Below, piece after piece: positions 53,608 through 64,000 of a DNA stretch of 64,000 nucleotides (position 1 is its first letter; every line of letters begins with the position of its first letter). The translations under genes were made by a program, and so were the position numbers. This stretch comes from Malacoraja senta (Eukaryota). The DNA is taken from positions 12,836,001-12,900,000 of the forward strand of contig CM075990.1 in assembly GCA_038087875.1 (NCBI GenBank), given 5' to 3'. The notes beneath the pieces are model-generated. The model was not told the DNA's origin. It saw nothing but the letters and a program-made list of their open reading frames with translations, and did not search any database.

Positions 53608-54089
53608 GTTCAAGAAGGAACTGCAGATGCTGGAAAATCGAAGGTAGACAAGAGTGCTGGAGAAACTCAGCGGGTGCGGCAGCATCTATGGAGCAAAGGA
53701 AATAGGCAACGTTTCGGGCCAAAACCCTTCTTCAGACTGATGATGGGGGGGGGGGGGGGGGCGGGAAGAAGAAAGGAAGAGGAGGAGCCAGAGGGCTGAG
53801 GGAGAGCTGGGAAGGGGAGGAGACAGTGAGGGCTACCTGAAATTGGAGAAGTCAATGTTCATACCGCTGTGGTACAAACTGCCCAAGCGGAATACGAGGT
53901 GCTGCTCCTCCAATTTCCGGTGGTCCACACTCTGGCCATGGAGGAGGCCCAGGACAGAAAGGTCGGATTCGGAATGGGAGGGGGAGTTGAAGTGTTGAGC
54001 CACCGGGAGATCAGGTTGGTTATTGCGGACCGAGCGGAGGTGTTCGGTGAAGCGATCGCCAAGCCTACGCTTGGTCTCACCGATGTAGA
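53608..54089 (-). mobile_element. Penelope-like retroelement 3' end: GIY-YIG endonuclease C-terminus plus terminal repeat
   Basis: 54087 to 53833 reads YIGETKRRLGDRFTEHLRSVRNNQPDLPVAQHFNSPSHSESDLSVLGLLHGQSVDHRKLEEQHLVFRLGSLYHSGMNIDFSNFR*, followed by the repeat that occurs in many copies across the window. Confidence 0.9.
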
Positions 54090-57000
54090 TGGCCTGTTTC
54101 CTTTATCATTGTTACTTTTTTGCATATCTTTCATTCATTTGTTCTATATCTCCCTATATCACCGTCTATATCTCTCGTTTCCCTTTCCCCGACTCTCAGT
54201 CCGAAGATGGGTTACTCCAGCATTTTGTGTCCATCTTCGGTTTAAACCAGCATCTGCAGTTCCTTCCTACACAGTGGGCAGTAGTCCATTTATCCCTCTC
54301 AAGCCTGTTCTGCTGAGAACCTCTGCTCTGTCATGTTGCTGGTTCTAGCCCATGTCTGTAGGTAACTTAGCACAGCTGCTTATACCCACTACTGAACCAT
54401 TGAGGAAGGTCATGTTCGTTCCTCATGTGAGCTTCAGAACACATTGAGAACAGCTGTTTCCTTCACAGAAGGACTGATACACACTAAATTCCGTTACAGA
54501 CCACAATGTCATAAGACACCGTCTAACCAGTTAGGCCAACTGTAGGCACAACTGCAACCACTCTTCAACCATTGATCTGCTTACACCCCCCTCTTAGATA
54601 GGCGATCATATGGGCGACAACACAACACAGCATTATTTTAATTTTCTAACTCAGAGATTCAGTTGTCGCCAACTGAGGCAGAGCTGACACATCATGACGC
54701 ATAACTTGACTTTGCGTTGAACAAAGAATTATCAAAACAAATGATATGAAGCTGAATCACATGGTGTGGGTAGGTTATTCAAAGTATGGTGGGATCATCA
54801 CCAAATGTGAAGGTATCGCCACCTTAAATGTTGCAACAACTGGCTAGATCACTGTATTGGGAGTCATGAATGATTCCCTGCCCTCCACCAGGACTACAAT
54901 CACAAAGTCCTGTGACTGCCTCTCTGTGTAGCAAAGGTGCACACTTCATTGCACAGTAGATGCGAGATCGCCTCTTTGTAAGAGTTATCAATCTCTTAGA
55001 GGGTTTGAACACAAGGCAATCACTTTGTTGACCCATGGCCAGGCAGGTACAGATTTATAAGCAAGCTTCATTAATCTTGTCTGAAGAAGGTCCCAACCCT
55101 TCTGCCCGACCCGCTGAGTTACTCCAGCACGTTGTGTCTTTTTTGTAAACCAACATCTGCAATTCCTTGCGTCTACATTGTTCCATTAATGAGTACAGGC
55201 CCAGTGTCGACAAAGGCTCATCAGAGGTTAACCTACTAATTCCTGGGATCATTCTTGTCGACCTCCACTGGACCCTCTCCAGAGCCAGCACATCCTTCCT
55301 CAGATACGGGGCCAAAATTGCTCACAATATTATTATTCAAAGAGTAATAATAACAAAAACGAAGGGCTATTCAAAGAGGTAGGTTTGAAGATGAAAAACC
55401 AAGGGAAAAATTCACGCCTGGGGTCCAGGCAACCAAAGGGACAAATTATAAAGGGGATTAGATTAAATCAGCAAGCAGTTTATTTTTGTCTTTGAGTTTA
55501 AGCATTTTATATTTTACATCTGATCCTTTGGAAAAATCCTTCACACCAGAGGGCAAAAGAACAAGACCATGCCAACGCACATTTGTGGCACTGATCCTCT
55601 CAGCACAGCTTTAACTCAGCATGAGATTAGTATTGAGGGCTAGAGTGGGGTGAAGGAGTGGGGGTAATTAAATCAGAGTCTCAGCCTTGCAGAGAGGCCC
55701 AATGAATTTTTGAACTGTTAATATTCTCAACTACCTATTCAAGGCAGAAAATGGCTCGATTGTAATCATGTATAGACTTTCCACTGATTGGTTAGCAAGC
55801 AACAAAAGTTTTTCACTGTCTCGGTACACGTGACAATAAACTAACTGAAGCAACCAGGAGATCCAGTGGATCTTGGAGATACAGGGAGGGGGGGGAGGGG
55901 CGTGATTGGTATGGGTAGAGCTCGTGACAAAGGCTAGAGATGAAAAGGTGCCGAGTGTCAGATGAGGAAAGGAATTAAATATGCAGAGGAATTATGGGTG
56001 GAAGGGGACAGAGGATTTTAGGGGACTCAAGGATGGAAAGTATGCATGTGGGGGATACTAGTGGAGGGGGGGGGGGGGCAAGTCTTAGGGGTGTAGATGG
56101 AAACAGTCACAGGGAGTACAGACTCCAGATAACACTGGGTCAGGATTGAATCCAGGTGCTGGAGCTATGAAACAGCTGCTCCACTAACCACTGCTCCCAC
56201 CGAAAGGTCAGAACAGAAAGAATTCTCCCCATTGCCTTTTGAAATAACAGATGGTAATTTATGACCGAGAGGACAAATCTACACCGTAGAACGTTTGTCA
56301 CAAGATGGAATCCTTGAAAACCTAACATTTGATGCCAGTTAAGAGTGTTGGGTCAAAATAAAGTTTCAATCAATATACCTCCAATTCAGGAGGACTGTTT
56401 AGAACAGATTAGAATTGAAGTATATTCTTCAACCATGCTGATGCTTTAACCAAAATTAAACTAGCAGCTCAATCTGCACCTTCACACTGCAGCGCAGTAA
56501 CAATTTAGCAAATTAACTTCATCCTCATTGATTTGGATGCAAAGGAATGGGGTAAAGTATTGTTCACAGGTTGTACAAGCAGAATTAGGCCATTTGGCCC
56601 ATCAAGTCTACTCTGCCATTCATTCATGGCTGATCTATCTCTCCCTCTCAACCCCATTCGACAGTCTATTGCCCATAACTCTTTACACCCGTACTAATCA
56701 AGAATCTTATCAATCTCTGCCTTTGAAATATCCATTGACGGTCTGCACAGCCTTCTGTGCCAAAGAATTCCACAATTGTGTGAAAAAACTCTGGCAACCA
56801 GAAAGTGTTGATTTTGGAGATTTTACAACATAATTGTCAGTCAAGTGAGAACTGGTTTTGCCAGTCAGTACTTGGGATCATAAACCCGATTGCTTTAAAA
56901 TTCCACTCAAATTCAAAGGGAGGTCATATAAAGACATTTGTAATGTCTTACACATTTCAAAGGGGAGTTGTTTAGGCGCTAAACCAAACTGCTAGCAAGT

Positions 57001-57239
57001 TCTGGAATCTGCCTTTTAACTGCAGGCACTAGGACCATGTAGCACATTGTAATAATAGCAATTGGAACAGCGCCCAACCTGATGCAATTGTTAATCCGAA
57101 CCAAATGTTCAGCCTGCCAATATGTTACACTGAAGCAGCAAGCAATAAAAGGGACAGCAAGTTCACTCCAAATATTTGGTGTCAGTACCGAGCCAGGACA
57201 CTGTAAATGATCAGACTAAACATGATTGAGTTTTGTTCT

Positions 57240-57245
57240 TTTATT
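57240..57245 (-). terminator. DDIT4: probable DDIT4 polyadenylation signal AATAAA
   Basis: tttatt on the plus strand about 400 nt downstream of the DDIT4 stop, after an AU-rich UTR. Confidence 0.55.
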
Positions 57246-57648
57246 TAAGTTGTACAAACTATAGAATAGCACCAATGTATCAAAAGAATGTGTTGAATGC
57301 AAATCAATACCAGTCCAAAGGAAAAATTAGGCTGCCCTGCAGACCTATTGGCCCCACCGAGGGGTATTTACACGATTACACAAGTTAGCACCACGTTTGT
57401 AAACGGAGTATTTAAAAAAAAAACCTGCAGGAGATTTCAAAATGGGCCCCATGCAGTACAGGTCCAGCTTCACACTTGGTTAACGTTGCACGCGTCTGGG
57501 AATGGGAAAGGCAACCATATGCAGAGTCCCCCACCCTGGTGTGCAGGTTTAAAATCGCTCTGTGAATTAATTGTTCCCAATGTCAGATCGGAGCCCCGGG
57601 TGGAAACCTCTCCCCCCTCCCTCTCTCCCTCCAGCAGTGTCCATCGCC

Positions 57649-58130
57649 TCAACATTCCTCGACGAACACCACGTTGGAACTGTAGAGTTTTCTCTTGATG
57701 ATTCGGAACCTGGGGCTGAGCCGGAGAGCCTGGCTGTACCCCGGGGTGAAGGAAGGGCCCGAAGTCAAGAGGTCCTGGACCTTGGACCAGAACCCCCCTT
57801 CCAGTCTCAGCACCAGGGCGAGCTCGAAGGTGGGCGCCAAGCTGCCGTCCACCACGATGCGGTCCACGTCCTGGCAGACGTCGCCGTCCTCCACGCTGAG
57901 GTGCAGCACGGCTCCCCGCAGGCCGCAGGGCTCGCTGGCCGCCAGCCGCAGCAGCTCGTCCGCCACCTGGGCGCTCAGCTCCTCCGGGATCAGCAGCTTG
58001 AAGCAGCGCAGCGCCGCGCGTTTGGCCTCACTCAGGCTCTGCTCGATCAGCTGCATCACGTCGGCGCACAGCAACTCCTCGAACGGGTCGTCGGTAACCG
58101 AGTCCCGGTCCGACTCCAAACTCCCGTAAT
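57649..58130 (-). CDS. DDIT4: DDIT4/REDD1 last coding exon (RTP801_C domain)
   Basis: gttgcag acceptor; contains LLRLAASEPCGLRGA, PTFELALVLRL and FRIIKRKLYSS..EEC*; the EEC ending is DDIT4-type rather than DDIT4L. Confidence 0.93.
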
Positions 58131-59521
58131 CTGCAACATTTAAGAGTGGCAACAGAAGGGTTAAAACCCAGTCGGTTCTGAGCGGAGAGACCAGATTACA
58201 ACTAAGTAAGTAAGTTTATTGGCCAAGTATTCACATACAAGGAATTTGCCTTGGTGCTCCACCCAACATGACTATTTTCCATGTTTCTATAGGCACGGGT
58301 TATTGATACGGGACGATCAGCCATGATCACATTGAATGGCTCAAAGGGCCTCCTGCACCTATTTTCTATGTTTCTACATACAGTGACAGTGATGAATGAC
58401 TCAGAAAACACTAAACATTAATAATAATAAAACATTAATGATAAAAACACCACTGATCCAGCATGTGAACCAACAAAATACCAGATCAAAGGGAGGCTAC
58501 AGATTTTTGTCTGTTACAATACAATTTATTTGTCTTTTTGGACAAATTTGTCATTTGGACCCCTTGAGTCGCCTTCCAGAGGGACTAGCATGGAGGACAA
58601 ACAAGGAACTTGCAGATGCGGGGATTTTTCCAGCAAAAACACACACAAAGTGCCGGAGGAACTCGGCGGGTCGCAGGCAGCATCCAGAGGGAATGTTTAA
58701 GAAGGAACTGCAGATGCTGGAAAATCGAAGGTAGACAAAAGTGCTGGAGAAACCCAGCGGGTGCAGCAGCATCTATGGAGCGAAGGAAATAGGCAACGTT
58801 TCGGCCCGAAACGTTGCCTATTTCCTTCGCCCCATAGATGCTGCTGCACCATGCACGGGAAATGGACAGGCGACGTTTCAGTTTAAAGGTCCCGAGCTTA
58901 TTTATTCTCCCCTCAGATGCTGTCTGACCCGCTGAGTTACTCAGTCACTTTGCATTTTAAAACTACCACCGAATTGGGCTGCTAACAAATAAACATTTCT
59001 ACAGGCAACTGAATTATTCAAACCAGGGTTAAACAAATTTAAAGTACGTAGGACAGACCGGAGCGGAACAGTCCATTCGGCCCATCGAACCCACCCCCCC
59101 CACCAAAGTCTCCAGTTCCCCCTCTATTGACTAAACTACCCCTCTTCACGCCCCAGTGTTAATTAACACCCGCGAGGAAAAGCAATGTTACATTAAGAGT
59201 GTAGGAAGAAACTACTGGAAGATGCTGGTTTAAAAAGAAGGTAGACAAAAGTGCTGGAGAAACTCAGCGGGTTCTATGGAGCGAAGGAAATAGGCAACGT
59301 TTCGGGCCCGAAACCCTTCTTCAGATTGAAGACTTTAAAAAGAAGATACACTAAATGCTGGTGTAACTCAGCGGGTCGGGCAGCATCTTTGGAGAAAAGG
59401 AATAGGTGACGTTTTTCACACTGTTGTGAGTCAGGGGGGGAGAGGGAACCGAGAGATTGGCGTTGTGTTGGTCGGCACACACACAAGACAATTACACCGG
59501 GGTCCTGCAAATGACACTCAC

Positions 59522-59711
59522 CGCTGTCAGTGTCCAGGTCGGGCTCGGCGTTGAGTTCGTGCTGGCACGGCGGCTGCTGCTGGTGGTGGTGGTGCTGCTG
59601 AGCCGGAGAGCCGCCGGTCAGATCGGCGAATCTCTGCAGCAGCAGCTTCCCCCAGGAGGTGGGGAGCAGAAGCGTCGGCGCCGGGGGGGCTGCAGCACGT
59701 CCGTGACACAT
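59522..59711 (-). CDS. DDIT4: DDIT4/REDD1 first coding exon
   Basis: ATG at 59711; MCHGRAAAPPAPTLLLPTSWGKLLQRFADLT...PDLDTDS; G|gtgagt phase-1 donor joins exon 57649-58130 in frame (672 nt, 223 aa). Confidence 0.85.
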
Positions 59712-59819
59712 CTCTAAGTGCGGGTGGTGGTGGTGGTGGTGCCGGTGAGGCTGGAGTGAGCAGAGTCACCACAACACGACTGTGCCAGGCGGAGTGGCGA
59801 GCAGCTGTGGCCGCGACAT

Positions 59820-59945
59820 GCCTCTTATATTGGATACAAGATTGGATACACCCGCGGCCCCGCCCACAGCTCCTTATAAGGAGCGGCGCTCCATGTAGCA
59901 ATGTAACCAGCTCACCCCGGCCAATCCATGCGCCCTGCACGTTCC
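59820..59945 (-). promoter_or_regulatory. DDIT4: DDIT4 proximal promoter
   Basis: TATAAGAG near 59822-59829; CCAAT boxes (attgg at 59829 and 59841); GC box ccccgccc near 59858-59865; perfect CArG CCTTATAAGG at 59872-59881; ACGTG HRE core at 59938-59942. Confidence 0.7.
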
Positions 59946-60048
59946 CCACGACCCAAACCCTTGTGGGCAAAGCCTCGCCTCTCTCAGACACCTTGTACCC
60001 ACCCCAGCCCAAAGATGCTGTATAGCGGAGCTTTGCCCCAGCCCTAGT

Positions 60049-60076
60049 CTGAAGAAGGGTTTCGGCCCGAAACGTT
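60049..60076 (+). ncRNA. minimal hammerhead ribozyme-like core in a Penelope terminal repeat (representative copy)
   Basis: CUGAAGA-A-GGGU-UUCG-GCCC-GAAAC-GUU: conserved CUGANGA and GAAA boxes around a 4-bp stem II. Confidence 0.65.
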
Positions 60077-61744
60077 GCCTATTTCCCTCGCTCCATAGAT
60101 GCTGCTGCACCCGCTGAGTTTCTCCAGCACTTTTGTCTACCTTCGATTTTCCAGCATCTGCATTTCCTTCTTAAACCCCCTCAGTCATGACTGACTATGG
60201 GTGATGCATCCTAGTTTGCAGGTGATGTGTGGTCGGATGCAAGCCTGGGCGATGTCATATGGAGGACAAGCTGTTGCCCATGCAGCACGTCCCCCCCCCC
60301 TCTCCACGTTGCTGATCGATCCAAAGGAACAGCAGGGCCGTTACAGTTTGGCACCCGGGTCGCAGGAGCTGCCAGAGCGAGGTTGTAGACACCACCCGCA
60401 CTTAGGGGCTCCGACTCCGGATTTTCTTGAGGTTCACTCCAGGAGCCATTTCCATGACTGGATATGGCCACAAGGCAGTGGAGGTTTTAAATCAGAGTTT
60501 TCCCACTCCTGGATGGACTGCCTTCCCAGGCTGAGGAGTCCCATCTGCCTGAGACTCGTGGGGGCGGGAGTGTATACCTTCCCGTGCAGGTCTATAGTAC
60601 CTGCCCACTGCCCAGGCATCTGTCCTAGTCAGACAAGGAAAGATAGCAACATAGGAAATAGGTGCAGGAGTAGGCCATTCGGCCCTTTGAGCCTGCACCA
60701 CCATTCAATGTGATCATGGCCGATCATCCAAAATCAAGAGAGAGTTAGAGTTAGCTCTTAGGGCTAAAGGAATCAAGGGATTCTGGGGAAAATTTCTGGG
60801 CATTTTTCCCCAGAATCCCTTGATTCCTTTAGCCCTAAGAGCTAACTCTAACTCTCTTTTGAAAACATCCAGTAAATTGGCCTCCACTGCCTTCTGTGGC
60901 AGAGAATTCCACAGATTCACAACTCTCTGGGTGTAAATGTTTTTCCCCATCTCAGTCCTAAATGGTCCACCCCTTATTCGTAAACTGTGTCCCCTTGGTT
61001 CTGGACTCCCCCAACATCAGGAACATTTTTCCTGCATATCAACCCTTATGTTACTCATTCCCTCTCTCCAGAGATGCTGCCTGTCCCGCTGAGTTACTCC
61101 AGCATTTTGTATCTATCTTCAGGCAAGGACAGAACAGGCACAAATATGTAGGAAGGGACTGCAGATGCTGGTTTACACCGAGGACAGACACAAAATGCTG
61201 GAGTAACTCAGTGGGACAGGCAACATAGGATCTTTGCTTCAGATTGAGATTCAGGGGAGAAGGAGACTGGATTATGGAAGGGCAAGGTGTGAAAAGGACT
61301 GATCAAAACACTATGTTCAAGGAATTTTTGTTTCTATCTCGTTTATTTTAAGGTAGACACAAAATGCTGGTGTAACTCAGCGGGACAGGCAACATCGCAG
61401 GAGAGGAGAAATGGGTGATGTTTCAGGTCGAGACCGCCAGGGGAGAGAGAGACTACCAGACTATCAGCATCAAGGTGTGAAAACGACAGATCAAAGCAGA
61501 CAATGGAAATGTAGAATGGTTCATTGTTAGCTGAGGGGGGAGGGTGACAACGAGGCTTACAATCAGAAAAAATAATCAGGAGGGCAGTGAAACTGGTCGG
61601 AGAACTAGGTGGGGGAGGGACACAGAGAGAGGGAAAGCAAGGGTTACTTGAAGTTAGAGGAATCACTATTCATATCCCGCTGGGTTATAAGCTGACCAAG
61701 GACAGGCCAAGCAGTGCTCAGCACCACACTGTGGTCAGGATCTT

Positions 61745-62038
61745 TTAGTTTAGTTTTGTTTAGAGACAATGTGTGGAAACAGGCCCTTCGTCCCACCGAG
61801 TTAACATTCACACTATCCTACACACACACACACACTTAGGGACAATTTACAATTATACCGAAGACAATTAGCCTCCAAACCTGTGCGTCTGGAGTCTGGG
61901 AGGAAACCGGATATCCCAGTAATAACCCACATGGGTCAGAACGTACAAACTCCATACAGACAGAACCCGTAGTCAGGATCGAACCCGTGTCTCTGACGCT
62001 GTGAGGCAGCAACTCTACCGCCGTGCCACCCTGCCGCC
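61745..62038 (-). mobile_element. V-SINE (HE1-like)
   Basis: Reverse-complement copy. Confidence 0.8.
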
Positions 62039-64000
62039 CTCAGCTTTGTTCAGCTTTAAGCCCTGCTTTCTTCACCGGTCCCGCATTAAGTCTTTGCAGG
62101 TTTTTTTTTCTAGTATGGTTTTTTTTTGTTTAAACCTTTTGTTTCAAATTTGCAGATCTGCAGTGTGTGGTTTTGTTTGTGTGCAGTTTGTTCTGGGCTG
62201 GTAGCCAACAGCAGTTTGTGCAAAGGAGAGAGAGCGAGAGTGAGAGAGAAACAGCAAGAGCTGGGACATCAAGTCCTTGGCATTTGGCCAGCAAACGAAA
62301 GGCTGTGCTCGGCACATCGTTAATCAACTCCGTTCAGTACAGTATGCTTTCCCTTGCGGCTTTGCAGAAACCTTCATAACATAATCCGCAATGCAATGTC
62401 AAAGTAATGTGAGGCAGATGTGGATTGGACAGGGGTGGGGGGGGGGGGGGAGTCTTATAGAACAGTACAGAAGATGTACAGTACACAAAGTGCTGGAGTC
62501 ACTCAGCGGGTCAGGCAGTATCTCTGGTGAATTACTATCTTTGATATCAAACCAGTATCTGCAGTTCCTTTCTACACATAGAACAGTACACAGGACGGAT
62601 CCATGGGCCCACAATGTTTGTTCCCAACATATTGCTAAATTAAACTGATCTCATCCGCCTGCACATGATCCATATCCCTCGCCTCACTGTACTCCCATTT
62701 ATCCAAAAGCCTCTTAAATGTCACTATCGTCTAAGTATCTTGATAAATAAGTTTTAAGTTTATACCGCAGAAAGCCCACAGAGCAACCAGCCCCCACAAA
62801 TTGACCCAACTGGGCGTGTACTATATTTGCATTTCAAAGGCAGTTGGCAATATTTTTTAATAATGAAGCATGAGAAACGTTACATTTACAGGGGCATTAT
62901 CAGATCGATCAAAAGCATCTACGAGTATTTACTCTGTTTTAAGTACAGTGATTGTTGATGATCAAGCCAGCAAGATCCCACAGGTAGGAATAATATAAAC
63001 CGTTTGTAATTAGTTGTCAAATGTTGGGGGAACCTGCGATTATCTCATCAACAACACGCATTTACATTCAGACATGAGCCTCAAGAGTATGCAAAGGTGT
63101 CATCAGTGTTGTGGAGATGCAAAAACACAGTTGAACATTTTATTTAAATTGCTGGAGAAACTCAGCGGGTGCAGCAGCATCTATGGAGCGAAGGAAATAG
63201 GCAACGTTTCGGGCCGAAACCCTTCTTCAGACTGATGTAAGGGTGGGGGGGGGGGAAGAAGAAAGGAAGAGGTGGAGCCAGTGGGCTGAGGGAGAGCTGA
63301 GAAAAGACGGAGAAAGTAAGGACTACCTGAAATTAGAGAAGTCAATGTTCATATTGCTGGGGGAACATTTGGTGGGTTGCAAAACAAAAAATAAAGGCCC
63401 CAGTTTTAAGAAGTCAGCTGTGAAACAGTCCTTGAAAGTGGATTCGAATTTCACTCCATTAACCTGACTACAAACACGTCTGAAGAAAGGTTCTGACCCA
63501 GTAGGTCACTCATCCTTTTTCCCCAGAGATGCTGCCTGACCCGCTGAGTTACTCCAGCATTTTGTGTCCATGGTATAAAGCAACATTTGCAGTTCCTTAC
63601 CACACAAATATGGGGACTAGCATTTGTGTACAGTATTGAGGAAGTGTTCAGCTGTTGGCGGAACTGTGCATGAGGTGTTCAAACTGAAACCACACGTCTA
63701 CCTTCTTGTAGATAATACACGGGCATTGTAGCAACAAGGAACTGCAGTTGGCAGTTGATGCACAAAAGGACACAAAATGCTGGAGAAACTCAGCAGGTCA
63801 GACAGCATCTGTGGAGAACATGGATAGGTGACGTTCCGAGTTGAGAGCCTTCTTCCGGCCATGAGCATTTTTTTAGATGAAGAAAGGCCACCAGCACTGA
63901 AGACAGACACAAAATACTGGAGTAACTCAGCGGGTCAGGCAGCATCCCTGGAGAAAAGGGATAGGTGACGTTTCATAAGATCATAAGTGATAGGAGCAGA

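Noticed and set aside
62263..62277. GRE-like GGGACAtcaAGTCCT upstream of DDIT4, a known glucocorticoid target
   Set aside because: Mismatch at a core position; such matches arise by chance and no conservation data are available
1..64000. CRISPR-like or prokaryotic defence system
   Set aside because: Recurrent repeats are dispersed eukaryotic retroelements without regular spacers; the genes are spliced vertebrate genes

Overview
Vertebrate genomic DNA, most likely a cartilaginous fish (skate/ray-like, judged from dense HE1-type V-SINEs, CR1 and Penelope repeats); no prokaryotic features. Four spliced protein-coding genes can be read. (1) On the minus strand, the 5' part of a strongly diverged SEC24A/B-type COPII coat gene (exons 3270-3396, 5245-5347, 6819-6991, probably 9854-9960 and 20834-20947), running off the left edge. 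(2) The last three coding exons of SAR1A (+); its first coding exons are absent and probably lie in the 200-N gap at 24488-24687. (3) TYSND1 (+, 4 exons, C-terminal SKL) with an apparent 1-nt frame discrepancy at the exon 3/4 junction. (4) DDIT4/REDD1 (-, 2 coding exons). The top candidate discovery is that the SEC24 gene sits head-to-head with SAR1A, mirroring the mammalian SEC24A-SAR1B pair, and may be a third SEC24A/B ohnolog that mammals lost. The second is a dense set of Penelope-derived terminal repeats carrying minimal hammerhead-ribozyme cores with a covarying stem II, often arranged as fold-back pairs. Comparisons with human proteins and gene order are from memory, not from database searches; repeat boundaries are approximate unless stated.
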